This document shows, one piece after another, positions 23,000 through 32,668 of a DNA stretch of 64,000 nt; the first letter of the stretch is position 1, and the number at the start of each line of letters is the position of its first letter. The stretch is from Verrucomicrobiota bacterium (GTDB lineage Bacteria > Verrucomicrobiota > Verrucomicrobiia > Opitutales > Cerasicoccaceae), in the NCBI GenBank assembly GCA_039818205.1, contig JBCBUK010000002.1, positions 224,001-288,000 of the forward strand, given 5' to 3'. A program made the position numbers and the translations under genes. Under the pieces are notes generated by a model, which worked only from the letters and a program-made list of their open reading frames with translations, did not search any database and was not told the DNA's origin.

Positions 23000-24769
23000 T
23001 TAGGACGGAAACTTAGGGCTAACCGAGCGTCGTTGTCCAGCCGGAATTTCGACGGGCCCACCCTCAGCGGCGACTTCATCGTTTTTGTAGATGGTCACAT
23101 TGATGGGCTCGTCCGATTCTGGAGCGACCCATTGCCATTTGCCGATCTCAAGAAATTCCATGGGCACACCTTCGGTTTCCGAGAGGCCTGGGCCGCTGCC
23201 GCGAACGTAAGGCTTGTTACCGATGCCGATCAATACTTGGGCAATCACCGTCGTGGCGCCTTTTTGCTTCTTGGGTTTGCTCTTGGGCTCGGCTTCTGGG
23301 ATGTCACCCATCAAGTCGGGCTGCTCTGGGCCATCGTCGGTTCCTTCTTCTGTTTCCTCGCCTTCGGGTTCGGCAGCAGCAATCTCCCCAAAATCATCCC
23401 AGTCATCAAAGCCAACTCCAGACACCGTTTCTTTCTCGTCGTTAGTTTCATCTGACGTCTCGACGGGCTGTTCAGTGCCGACTGGAGTATCTTCTGCGTC
23501 GAGCTCTTCGACTGCACCACTAAAGGCGATGTCAAAGTCATCTTCGTCTTCGAGAATCTCTTCCGGGGCAAACTCTGGTTCGTCGACTACGACGGCCTCA
23601 TCATCCTCGGCGATCTCGGCAATCGGTTCGGGTTCCACCGGCGCTTCTTCCGCAATCTCGTTCTCGGGCAAAAACTCGGGCTCTTGGTCGACCTGGGTTT
23701 CGATGTCGCCGTACTCCTGTGTCTCGTCGTATTCGCCTTCTTCGGCTAGGTTGACGTCGAGGTCACTGAAATCTTCGCTGGCTGAGCCTAATTCCTCCGC
23801 TTCTTCGGATTCCAACTCTGGCTCAAAGGTTTCGATGGATTCCGGCTCCGCTTCGACGGCTAGTTTGTCCTCTGCTAAAACCTCATCCTCGAGCGCCATA
23901 TCTTCATCGACCGGATCAACGATTGCAGATTCAACTTCGTCTTCCGTTTCTTCCGCCGCGATTTCAACGGCTTCTTCGGCGATTGCGGACCCATCCAATT
24001 CTTCCGTGATCTCTTCTTCAAGTTCGACGGTGTCCGCAACGGCCTCAGCTGATTCTGGCTCGGCTGCCGGTGTTGGATTGGACTCGATGGGGAAGGGGGG
24101 CGGAGTCGATGAGACGAGTTGTGCGGCGGTGTCGCTAATCATCGCGGCCAGGCCTTGATAGCGTCCGGCGAGCTCACCCAGTAGGTTAACCTGCATGGGT
24201 AGGCCTTGGAGTTTGGAAAGGGCAGAATTCAGTTTGTCATGCTGTTTATCCGAACTGATTGAGACCTGTTCAGCAATTGCACGTGCAAAAGTATCTCGTG
24301 CGGCATTGAACTGCTCGCTCAGCGCATCCTGCAATTGCTCCGGTGAGATCTCGGCGGTTGCGTGCGGACCGGCTTTGATCTCGGAGATGCGGCGGTCCAT
24401 CTGGTCGAGTAATTCTCCGAGCGTTGCCACAACCTCCGCGTTGCGGTCGGTGTTGTGGGCGACATTTTCGCCGATCTCCTGGATTCCCATGAGAGCCGCC
24501 TCAATGCGCCGGGCATTTTCAGTGTTGGCTTGGCTCAAGTCGTATTCTTTGAGCTTGGAGAGTGTTCGAAACTCGACGTAAAAGGGCATGCAGGCGACAA
24601 CGCCTCCGAGCGTGACGCTGGTGATGACCCAGAAAAACCGCATCGGTGTCAGCGGACCCTCACTGCTGAATGCGATGATCAGGGCAATCAGCACCAGGAT
24701 CACATCGAGAATGATAAAAGGGATTTTGTTGATCTTTGGGAGCGGGACGTTTTCTTCCATATTCACCAT
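23000..24769 (-). CDS. Hypothetical membrane-anchored, highly acidic protein with a C-terminal beta domain
   Basis: Two N-terminal TM helices, a coiled region, a long Glu/Asp-rich tract and the C-terminal IGIGNKPYVRGSGPGLS domain. Confidence 0.75.
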   Translation of the reverse strand: MVNMEENVPLPKINKIPFIILDVILVLIALIIAFSSEGPLTPMRFFWVITSVTLGGVVACMPFYVEFRTLSKLKEYDLSQANTENARRIEAALMGIQEIGENVAHNTDRNAEVVATLGELLDQMDRRISEIKAGPHATAEISPEQLQDALSEQFNAARDTFARAIAEQVSISSDKQHDKLNSALSKLQGLPMQVNLLGELAGRYQGLAAMISDTAAQLVSSTPPPFPIESNPTPAAEPESAEAVADTVELEEEITEELDGSAIAEEAVEIAAEETEDEVESAIVDPVDEDMALEDEVLAEDKLAVEAEPESIETFEPELESEEAEELGSASEDFSDLDVNLAEEGEYDETQEYGDIETQVDQEPEFLPENEIAEEAPVEPEPIAEIAEDDEAVVVDEPEFAPEEILEDEDDFDIAFSGAVEELDAEDTPVGTEQPVETSDETNDEKETVSGVGFDDWDDFGEIAAAEPEGEETEEGTDDGPEQPDLMGDIPEAEPKSKPKKQKGATTVIAQVLIGIGNKPYVRGSGPGLSETEGVPMEFLEIGKWQWVAPESDEPINVTIYKNDEVAAEGGPVEIPAGQRRSVSPKFPS

Positions 24770-24971
24770 CTAACTGTGTTGTGTTAGGAAGTAGCGGTGT
24801 CAGAGCGCGTAAGCAAGGCAGAAGCCCCATTCTCCGCAAATCTCTCTTAGCTTGGCAAACCGAGGGGCTGCCTTGCCATCCATCCCATCTCTAGGTTGGA
24901 AAATTCCGCTACGATCCCGCCATGAAATTTGTCACTGCCGTCGCGCTGGTGGTCAGCGAGGGCCTTGGGGA

Positions 24972-25991
24972 TTAACCGCGGGCAACGAATCCAGCTTTCC
25001 GCTGGACCTTTGACAGGATCTTGAAGGCCCGCTTTTGGGCAGCGTCATCGCCCGCCTTGAGCACCGCCGTCAGGTATTTTTTGTCGGACTTCACCGCTTC
25101 ATATTTCTCCCGGACGGGGTTGATCATCTCAACCACCGCTTCGGCCACTGCGTCTTTAAATTCTTTGTAGTTTGCGCCCTCGAACTGCTTCTCCAGGTCC
25201 TCGACGGACTTGCTTGTCGCCGCACTGAGGATGCCCAGTAGGTTCGTTACGCCGGGCTTGTCGGGCGTCGCCCGCACTTCTGATCCGGAGTCCGTGACCG
25301 CGCTACCGATCTTTTTGCGCAGGGTTTTTTCGTCATCAGTGATGTTGAGTGTCGCCGCGTGGTTGGCATCGCTCTTGGACATCTTTTTCTCTGGGTTTTG
25401 CAATGACATGACCCGGGCACCTGTCTTGGGAATGAAGACATCGGGAACCTTGAATGTCTCGGAATAGGTGGAGTTGAATTTTTGGGCCAGGTCGCGGGTC
25501 AGCTCAATGTGCTGTTTCTGGTCCTCGCCAACGGGCACAATGTCCGCGTTGTATAGGAGGATGTCCGAGGCCATCAGAACTGGATAAGTCAGTAAGCCGC
25601 TGCCGATGAAGCCGCGGGCCTCCTCTTCCTTGCTCGACTTGTCCTTGAACTGAGTCATGCGTTCCAGCTGTCCCAGCGGGCACAGACATCCGAGGATCCA
25701 GGCGAGCTCGGTGTGGCCAATGACGTGACTTTGGATGAAGATGTTCGCCTTCTCGGGGTCGATGCCGCAGGCGATATACTGAGCAATGCACTCCAAGGTA
25801 TCGGAACGCAGATCAGCTGGTACATAGGGCACGGTGATCGCGTGCAGGTCGACGATGCCAAAGTAGCATTCGTAGTCATCTAGATAGCGGGTCCAGTTCC
25901 GGACGGCACCGAGGTAGTTTCCCAGGTGAAGTTTTCCCGTTGGTTGGGCGCATGTCAGGACAACTTTTCGTTCTGCAGATTGATCACTCAT
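24972..25991 (-). CDS. trpS: Tryptophan--tRNA ligase
   Basis: QPTGKLHLGNYLG, YPVLMASDIL, VPVGEDQKQH and KMSKS. Confidence 0.97.
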   Translation of the reverse strand: MSDQSAERKVVLTCAQPTGKLHLGNYLGAVRNWTRYLDDYECYFGIVDLHAITVPYVPADLRSDTLECIAQYIACGIDPEKANIFIQSHVIGHTELAWILGCLCPLGQLERMTQFKDKSSKEEEARGFIGSGLLTYPVLMASDILLYNADIVPVGEDQKQHIELTRDLAQKFNSTYSETFKVPDVFIPKTGARVMSLQNPEKKMSKSDANHAATLNITDDEKTLRKKIGSAVTDSGSEVRATPDKPGVTNLLGILSAATSKSVEDLEKQFEGANYKEFKDAVAEAVVEMINPVREKYEAVKSDKKYLTAVLKAGDDAAQKRAFKILSKVQRKAGFVARG

Positions 25992-26144
25992 AACAAATCA
26001 AAGCAGTCCGATAAAGCCCATGCGACGCTGGGTTTCAACGGTATTATTCCGGGAGCTGGGAATAATTGAGTTGGCCCCGGTTGCCCAGGACAGCGCTAGC
26101 AGCAGTCCGGACAACCGGGACCGCAACGAGACACAGTAGAGAAA

Positions 26145-27200
26145 TTATTTTCTTCGAGAGGCGATACGAAGGCCGAGGATGGCGACCCCGACGATTAATG
26201 CATACGTAGAAGGCTCAGGAATCTCCAGGGTGTCAATGCCAGAATTGCCGAAACCGACACTTTGATACAAGGTGCCATCCAGCGCTAAGACTCCAAGGCC
26301 ATCCAGTTCGCCGAGTGAGTCATCCGCGGTTGCTAGTGTGTCAAGATTAGTGCCAGCGCTCGTTGTGCCATTCCATTGGGCCAGTGTTCCGCTAAAAGGG
26401 AATGCCGAGAAGTCAGACAGCGCGACGAAGATGCCTCCCACGGAATCCGCCCAAAGGCTGCTTGCACCTGAGGGCAGGCTTGAGAGCAGGGTGCCGTCGC
26501 CCAGATTGAACGGCGTCCAACTTCCTGGGTTCGATAGAAACGCCGAGATGTCTCCAGCGGCAAAGCTGACGAGCTGCTCACTCGCCAGCCCGCTTGTACC
26601 GTAGACTAACGCTCCTGTGGCATCAAAGGCGAGGTCGGCTGAGAAGCCGCCGGTGGTGGCAAACTGGATGGCAGTGTAGCTGTTGGCTGCGTCCAGATAG
26701 AACAGCCGGTTAGGGTTGCCGAAGCCGCCAGGATTCGCAGAGACAAAGGCATCATTCCCGGAGAACTCCATGTCGAAGTTGCCACCCAGGGTGGTGCGCA
26801 GGTTCCACGTCGGGGTTCCGCTGAGGTCCGTGACTTCGTAAATGCGGTCATCGGTATTCCCGCCAACGGTGAAGCCGACCCATACTGAATTGCCGTCCGG
26901 AGAGCGGCGAACGAAGCTGATGAAGGCGCTGTCCGCATAGCCACCTGTGGGCGCCCCGAAGTCACCGAGGACACCGCCTCCCGACACGTCGTACCGGCGG
27001 AGTGTACTGGTATTGCTATCCCATCCATAGGCGCGCGTGCCGCCATCAGAATAGATGTCGAACGCCCCGAGGGTTTGGCTAGAGAGGACTTGGCCGCTTT
27101 GGTAGCCAGAAACCGGGGTCAGGTTCGCGTTTAGCGTCTGAGTGCTCAAGGACACCAGCGACGTTGCTAGGAGGGTTAGGATGGAGGATCTCAGATTCAT
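26145..27200 (-). CDS. PEP-CTERM sorting domain protein
   Basis: Signal peptide from ATG 27200; C-terminal IPEPSTYALIVGVAILGLRIASRRK. Confidence 0.9.
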   Translation of the reverse strand: MNLRSSILTLLATSLVSLSTQTLNANLTPVSGYQSGQVLSSQTLGAFDIYSDGGTRAYGWDSNTSTLRRYDVSGGGVLGDFGAPTGGYADSAFISFVRRSPDGNSVWVGFTVGGNTDDRIYEVTDLSGTPTWNLRTTLGGNFDMEFSGNDAFVSANPGGFGNPNRLFYLDAANSYTAIQFATTGGFSADLAFDATGALVYGTSGLASEQLVSFAAGDISAFLSNPGSWTPFNLGDGTLLSSLPSGASSLWADSVGGIFVALSDFSAFPFSGTLAQWNGTTSAGTNLDTLATADDSLGELDGLGVLALDGTLYQSVGFGNSGIDTLEIPEPSTYALIVGVAILGLRIASRRK

Positions 27201-27256
27201 TGTTATTAAATTCACTTTTATCGAATATTTAAAAAATAAGAAATCAATCATTAATT

Positions 27257-27268
27257 GCAGTTAACTGC
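27257..27268. promoter_or_regulatory. Palindrome in the divergent promoter region; candidate operator
   Basis: Perfect 12-bp palindrome GCAGTTAACTGC in the AT-rich gap between the PEP-CTERM and Fur-family genes. Confidence 0.4.
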
Positions 27269-27336
27269 CAAAAATATGCGGACTTCTTTGTAAAACGAGT
27301 TTGCAGGCGGGTTAAGGACCTGTTTAATAGTGGTTT

Positions 27337-27750
27337 ATGGCTGACAGTGAACGAGTTGCCTTTCGACGTACCCCCCAGCGTGAGGCAATCTATGCGGCGC
27401 TGGGAAAAGCGGAACGACCCTTGAGTTTCGACGAGTTGTTGGAACGGGCCCGACAGCATCACCCGAAGATTGGAGAGCGAACTCTTTTTCGCAACGTTCG
27501 GGAGATGTTAAATGAGCACAGTTTGGTGCGGGTGTATCTGCCGGGTCAGCCAGCGCGCTACGAATTGCCAACCGGCAACCATCGGCCCCACTTTATCTGC
27601 CGCAAGTGTAATCGCGTGTTTATCCTGCCCGAGGAGACCCCAGATATTCTACCAGAGTACGCTTCAAAGATTCCGGAAAATTTTGTTCCCGAAGGTGAGG
27701 AGCTGATTGTCTACGGTTACTGTCGGCAGTGCCCGGAAGAAACTGCCTAG
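27337..27750 (+). CDS. Fur-family transcriptional regulator
   Basis: [25 protein letters not shown] and YGYCRQC. Confidence 0.9.
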   Translation: MADSERVAFRRTPQREAIYAALGKAERPLSFDELLERARQHHPKIGERTLFRNVREMLNEHSLVRVYLPGQPARYELPTGNHRPHFICRKCNRVFILPEETPDILPEYASKIPENFVPEGEELIVYGYCRQCPEETA

Positions 27751-29282
27751 GCGAGGGCAACCAGTTCACTCGTGTGCGGTATATCTTTGATGATCTGCGA
27801 TGGATCCGGCCCCACGCCAATGTAGCGCACATTCATTTCAGGATGCGCTCCTCCACGGCCAGCGATCTCCAGGGTCGCTTTCACGCAGGTTGCAACATAG
27901 TGCTTAGCGGCATCGGGTAAGTCGGCAAAGGTGCGAACCGTGGAGATGTCCTCAGTCCATCCTGGCATCTCGAGATAGATCGGCTTTAGCTGACTGCGGA
28001 ATGCGTCGTCGCGTGGGACGCGGTTGACCACACTACCATCCGGTGCCTCGTAGGCGGTGCAGATCTTGAGCGTGCCGCCATCGGGTTGGGTGAGGGCATC
28101 AAGCTTGTTGATGACCAAATCCTGGAAGCCGCCGAAGCGGAGGCAGTCGCCTTTCTCCACAGCATCGAACCAACCGACCATACGCTGACGGCCAGTGCTC
28201 ACGCCGAACTCCATCTTCTTGAGTGCAATGGTTAGCGGCGCCTCGTCATCCATCTGGGTCAAAAACAGGTGCGTGCCAACTTTGGTGTCGTAGGCCTTGC
28301 AGCATCCGATCGTGTGAACGGGTTGGGCTGGGATACCTGCGCTTAAGAAGATTTCCGGCGTGAAGGTGTGCGAAGCGGTAACGTTTGGCGAGAAGCCAGC
28401 GCGTTTGTCGAGCCAGTAGCTCTGCCCGAACTCGCCGACTAGATATTTGCCCGCCGCTTGATTCTCAAGCACGAGCTCACGCACGTCTCGGATGTTGTTT
28501 TGAAGCTCCCCGAGTGCGCCCAGGTAGACCTCAATGGTCCGATCAATGTTCAAGCCAAAGTCACCGTCGCCGCGAAACTGGGTGAAATCGAACTCCTCGG
28601 CTGGGAAAATGCCCGCGTCAACGCTGGCTTGATTTGCACGTTTCTCGGCGTTTGTGAGGATGTCGAAAAATCCGCTCCACGCTTCCGGGCTCACTTGGCA
28701 AACGTGCTGGATGATGCTCGTTGCTCGTTCCATGCGTTCGCGGAGACGCTTAACGATGACGTCTTTACCCAAGGAAAGATCGCCATAAAAAATCTGCATC
28801 TGGCCGACCTCATCCAAGTAGGCGGGTGTGATGCCGCGCCCGGTTGAACCGCGTGGCTCACGCTTGAGGACATGGCGCCGGTAGTCTTCCCAGGCGAGGT
28901 CAAGGAGCCGGTGTGAGAGGTCGCTGAGCATGGTTCGCTCGTCAAAGACCAGGCGCTCCCAGAGATTATATCCGCGTGCTTCGAGGGGCTTCAGTTCCCA
29001 AAGTGCTTTGCGGGGATCGGCGACGACACCGCTGCCAATTGCGAGCCAGCGAACTGATTTCGCGACAACTCCGGCGGGCAGCAAATTGAGCTTCAGCCCA
29101 CCGGCGGTGTGGCCGCTGTTTGCCCCACCGTTAACCTTCATGACGATGCCAACGCGATCGTCATGGCCGGTTTGCTCCGTGATTTCGGCAATCACCTCGG
29201 GGATGAGTCGCCCTTTGCCTTCATCGCCCATGCTGATACCGACGTCGGCGATCAGCTGGCTGGAGAATGGAGTTAAGGCCAT
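27747..29282 (-). CDS. purA: Adenylosuccinate synthetase
   Basis: [37 protein letters not shown] and NKLD. Confidence 0.93.
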   Translation of the reverse strand: MALTPFSSQLIADVGISMGDEGKGRLIPEVIAEITEQTGHDDRVGIVMKVNGGANSGHTAGGLKLNLLPAGVVAKSVRWLAIGSGVVADPRKALWELKPLEARGYNLWERLVFDERTMLSDLSHRLLDLAWEDYRRHVLKREPRGSTGRGITPAYLDEVGQMQIFYGDLSLGKDVIVKRLRERMERATSIIQHVCQVSPEAWSGFFDILTNAEKRANQASVDAGIFPAEEFDFTQFRGDGDFGLNIDRTIEVYLGALGELQNNIRDVRELVLENQAAGKYLVGEFGQSYWLDKRAGFSPNVTASHTFTPEIFLSAGIPAQPVHTIGCCKAYDTKVGTHLFLTQMDDEAPLTIALKKMEFGVSTGRQRMVGWFDAVEKGDCLRFGGFQDLVINKLDALTQPDGGTLKICTAYEAPDGSVVNRVPRDDAFRSQLKPIYLEMPGWTEDISTVRTFADLPDAAKHYVATCVKATLEIAGRGGAHPEMNVRYIGVGPDPSQIIKDIPHTSELVALA

Positions 29283-29407
29283 GGTTATTTGGTGCTGGAA
29301 CGATTGTTAACTTTGCTTCTAGGAAGCAGGCAAAACGCGCCACAATAGCGGGCGGCGAAGGCATGGCAAGTCCAAGCTAGCAACAATACGCGAAATCATG
29401 GGCAATT

Positions 29408-29438
29408 AAAAATCCTGCCAGGCAATGCCGGCAGGATT
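29408..29438 (-). terminator. Intrinsic terminator after the downstream vWA paralog
   Basis: aatcctgcc/ggcaggatt stem with a U-tract on the minus strand. Confidence 0.65.
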
Positions 29439-29469
29439 AGAAATCGATTCGATTGCTCAGGTTTGCGAG

Positions 29470-30780
29470 CTAGCCGCTGTTTCCGCTGGAGCGGACCTGT
29501 TTCATCAGGTCGCCTTCGCCTTCAAGAACGCGCATTTTGCCGCCACGGTTTTTGCGAGCCAGGGTCTTAAATGGCTCAACATCCTTGTGGTTTTTCTTAT
29601 CCTCGTCGGAGCCGAGGAATAGGACAACGTTCACCTCGGGTGTCTTGGTGTTGCGCTCCTTGTAGAGCTTGCGACCAGCGTCTACGACGTGCGTGGTGAC
29701 GTCTTCCTTGCTGTAGGCGAGGGACGGCTTGTAGCGAATGTTCTTGCCCATGATACCCGCTTTTTGCAGGTCAGATATCAATGCGTGGTCGCTGTGCACC
29801 ACCTTGGGTGGCTGGCCCGCGCTGGCGCGACGTTTGTTCTCCTGAGTCATCCAGCTTCGAGCTTTGCGAACGTTGGCTTGCCAGGTCGACTCTTGTTCGG
29901 GGCCCCAGCCTTGGTCCAGATACCATTGGTCTTTTTCCGCGTCGTTCTCAAAGACGACGTTATGCCATTGCCAGCTGGGAACCATGACGAAGATCGCATC
30001 GCTGTTTTGCTCCATTGCTATCTGGATGCCGCGAGCCCAGTGGGCGACATCATCCGTCAACGGCTTCAAGTCGGTGTTGCGAATGGTAACGTTGCCGTTG
30101 ATGCCCAGACGATTCGACGAATTGACGGGTTGGATCCAATCGGCAGCTTTCGCTTTGTTGCCATTGGTGGCCGGAAGCATGCGATCGGAGAAGCTGTATA
30201 CCTTGCGATGTTCTACAAACTGAATGTTAAAGAGCGTGCCGGGCTTGAGTCCGTTGACCATTCGGGTGATCTCGCCCTTGATGATCTTGTAGGCAGGAAT
30301 GCCGCCCTTCTTGTCTTCCAGCATGTATTTGGAAGCGTCGATGATAAAAGTCACGCGTTCGCCCTCTGACTTGATTCCGAAAAAGTCGACTGCTGATTTA
30401 CTGAAATCGATCCCACCGGAACCAAAACCGCGACCCAGTCCCGTGCCGGTGCCTGTGCCAGTGCCGACAGCGACCTTCGAGTCGATCGTCGGGATGTCCA
30501 CGTTGAGCTCAGGAAGATTCATTTGAGTCGGATTGTTGATGACGATCCGGCTCTTGGGGCGTGAGCTGTTTTGCAGCGACTTCTTCAGGCGGACCTTCTG
30601 CTCTTGCTGCTCAATCGGAGCTTCGACGACGGGGGGAGCCTCCATTTCGGGCTCCTGGGGCTTCATAGCCGTCCAGATGTTGATACCTCCGAGAACCAAG
30701 AGCGCCACCACGTGAACCACGAGGCTGACAATGGTAACTTCAATCAGAGGTAAATTGGCTTTTCTTTTCTTTCGAGGCAT
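29470..30780 (-). CDS. Membrane-anchored vWA-like domain protein (paralog B)
   Basis: TM anchor SLVVH, Pro/Glu linker, GTGTGTGTG and VTFIIDASKYM. Confidence 0.75.
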   Translation of the reverse strand: MPRKKRKANLPLIEVTIVSLVVHVVALLVLGGINIWTAMKPQEPEMEAPPVVEAPIEQQEQKVRLKKSLQNSSRPKSRIVINNPTQMNLPELNVDIPTIDSKVAVGTGTGTGTGLGRGFGSGGIDFSKSAVDFFGIKSEGERVTFIIDASKYMLEDKKGGIPAYKIIKGEITRMVNGLKPGTLFNIQFVEHRKVYSFSDRMLPATNGNKAKAADWIQPVNSSNRLGINGNVTIRNTDLKPLTDDVAHWARGIQIAMEQNSDAIFVMVPSWQWHNVVFENDAEKDQWYLDQGWGPEQESTWQANVRKARSWMTQENKRRASAGQPPKVVHSDHALISDLQKAGIMGKNIRYKPSLAYSKEDVTTHVVDAGRKLYKERNTKTPEVNVVLFLGSDEDKKNHKDVEPFKTLARKNRGGKMRVLEGEGDLMKQVRSSGNSG

Positions 30781-31048
30781 TTCGGGTATGTTTGTTTTGA
30801 GCGTAGGAATGGCCCGGGGTCCTATGATTAAAGCCTAATTTGGTCCCGAAAGTCCAGAGTAAACCGCCTAGAGGTGTGATAGTTAAATGTTGACTTAAAA
30901 GTTTTACCATCAATGGCTTAAGAGTTTTATGTGCTCGCCCATTGCTTTATGTCGGGGCTTTGGCTAAATGGTTATTTTTTAAACAAATTACTTGTAGATT
31001 ATGGTTGGGATTGCGGGTGCTACCCGCCGGTTTGGCATTGTAGACACG

Positions 31049-31078
31049 AAAAAAGCCAACCGAACGAACGATTGGCTT
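31049..31078 (-). terminator. Intrinsic terminator after the upstream vWA paralog
   Basis: aagccaa/ttggctt stem preceded by an A-run on the plus strand. Confidence 0.55.
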
Positions 31079-31121
31079 GTTGTTTGGCCCGTGCTGCGGG
31101 CGAAATGGTTTTCTGGTTGTT

Positions 31122-32432
31122 TTAGCCCTGGTTGGCTCGGTTGACCTGTTTCATGAGGTCGCCTTCACCTTCAAGGACGCGCAGTTTTCCGCCGCGGTTC
31201 TTGCGAGCAACGGTTTTGAATGAGTCCACGTCTTTGTGGTTCTTACCGTCCTCGTCTGCGCCCAAAAATAACACCACGTTAACCTCGGGAGTCTTCGCGT
31301 TGCGTTCTTTGTAGAGATCGCGGCCAGTATCCACGACGTGCTTAATGACATCTTCGCGGCTGTAAGAATTGCCTGGTGGATACTTTAGGCCCTTCTTGAT
31401 GACGCCAAGCTTCATGAGGTCTGTGATCAGTGATTGGTCGTTTACGACGACCTTCGGCGGCTGCCCTTTGCTCGAACGCCTTTTGTTCTCTTCCTTGAGC
31501 CAATTCTGAGCCTTTTTTGTGGCGTTTTTCCAAGCGTTTTCCTGCTCAGGACCCCAGCCTTGTGCCTTCTGCCAATCCAGTTTGGCTTGAGGGGATTCAA
31601 ACTTGATACCGTGCCATTGCCAGCTGGGAACAATCATGAAAATTGCATCGCTGTTCTGTTCCATTGCGACTTGGATTCCTCGGGCCCAGTGAGCAACATC
31701 GGCTTTCATTGGGAGGCGGTCGGTATTGCGAACCGCTACATTACCAGAAATGCCGGTTCGGCCTCCTTTAGCGTTCACCGGATCAATCCAGCCCGACACT
31801 TTGGCTTTGTTGCCATTGGTTGCCGGGAGCATTCGTTCCGAGAAGGTGTAGACCTTTTTGCCATCAACAAACATGATGTTGAAGAGGGTGCCTGGCTTCA
31901 GGCCGTTCACCATGCGCGTGATCTCCTGCTTGATAATTGTGTAGGCAGGGATGCCGCCTTTCTTATCCTCGAGCATGTACCTCGAGGCATCGATGATGAA
32001 GGTGACCCGTTCGCCCTCCGACTTGATGCCGAAGAAGTCGACCGCAGACTTACTAAAATCAATTCCGCCTGACCCAAAACCGCGGCCAAGGCCAGTTCCC
32101 GTTCCAGTGCCGGTTCCCACGGCTACTTTGGAGTCGATCGTGGGAATATCCACGTTGAGCTCGGGCAAATTCATTTGGGTTGGATTGTTGATAACAATCC
32201 GACTTTTGGGCCGGGAGCTGTTTTGCAGGGACTTCTTCAGTCGAACTTTCTGCTCCTGCTGCTCGACGGGAGCCTCAACGACAGGTGGCGCTTCAAGCTC
32301 CGGCTCCTCGGGCTTCATGGCGGTCCAGATATTGATACCTCCGAGGACCAGCAGCGCCAACACATGTAGCACTAGGCTGACAATGATAACTTCAATGAGC
32401 GGAAGATTCGCTTTTCTTTTCTTACGTGGCAT
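31122..32432 (-). CDS. Membrane-anchored vWA-like domain protein (paralog A)
   Basis: Same length (436 aa) and near-identical N-terminal half to 29470..30780. Confidence 0.75.
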   Translation of the reverse strand: MPRKKRKANLPLIEVIIVSLVLHVLALLVLGGINIWTAMKPEEPELEAPPVVEAPVEQQEQKVRLKKSLQNSSRPKSRIVINNPTQMNLPELNVDIPTIDSKVAVGTGTGTGTGLGRGFGSGGIDFSKSAVDFFGIKSEGERVTFIIDASRYMLEDKKGGIPAYTIIKQEITRMVNGLKPGTLFNIMFVDGKKVYTFSERMLPATNGNKAKVSGWIDPVNAKGGRTGISGNVAVRNTDRLPMKADVAHWARGIQVAMEQNSDAIFMIVPSWQWHGIKFESPQAKLDWQKAQGWGPEQENAWKNATKKAQNWLKEENKRRSSKGQPPKVVVNDQSLITDLMKLGVIKKGLKYPPGNSYSREDVIKHVVDTGRDLYKERNAKTPEVNVVLFLGADEDGKNHKDVDSFKTVARKNRGGKLRVLEGEGDLMKQVNRANQG

Positions 32433-32668
32433 GGAGTACGATAATTACGGTGCTGTGATAACTTGGGGGACCGCAGATTTAAGCGGTACTATACCACTGA
32501 TGTCCAGTGGATTTTATCGTAAAGCAAAGCAAAGCCTCCCCAGGGATTACGTAAGTTCCTGGTAGCAAGAGATATGGGGGTATTTGTGGCGAGGGATCAA
32601 CCGCTTCCACACGAAAATAAAACCAAACTTTCGCCTTCGGGTAAAGTGGAAATGTATAATCTGGTAGT

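Noticed and set aside
23214..24158. 314-aa Ser-rich plus-strand ORF
   Set aside because: Reverse complement of the Glu/Asp-rich tract of 23000..24769.
24791..24912. Nested complementarity (gtagcgg/ccgctac; gcaaggca..gcccc/ggggctgccttgc) downstream of trpS as a possible ncRNA
   Set aside because: I recognise no SRP, 6S, tmRNA or T-box signature. It overlaps a plausible promoter and could be a simple mRNA-end structure.
24922..24975. Tiny ORF MKFVTAVALVVSEGLGD
   Set aside because: Only 17 codons, no RBS, and it converges on the trpS stop; unsupported.
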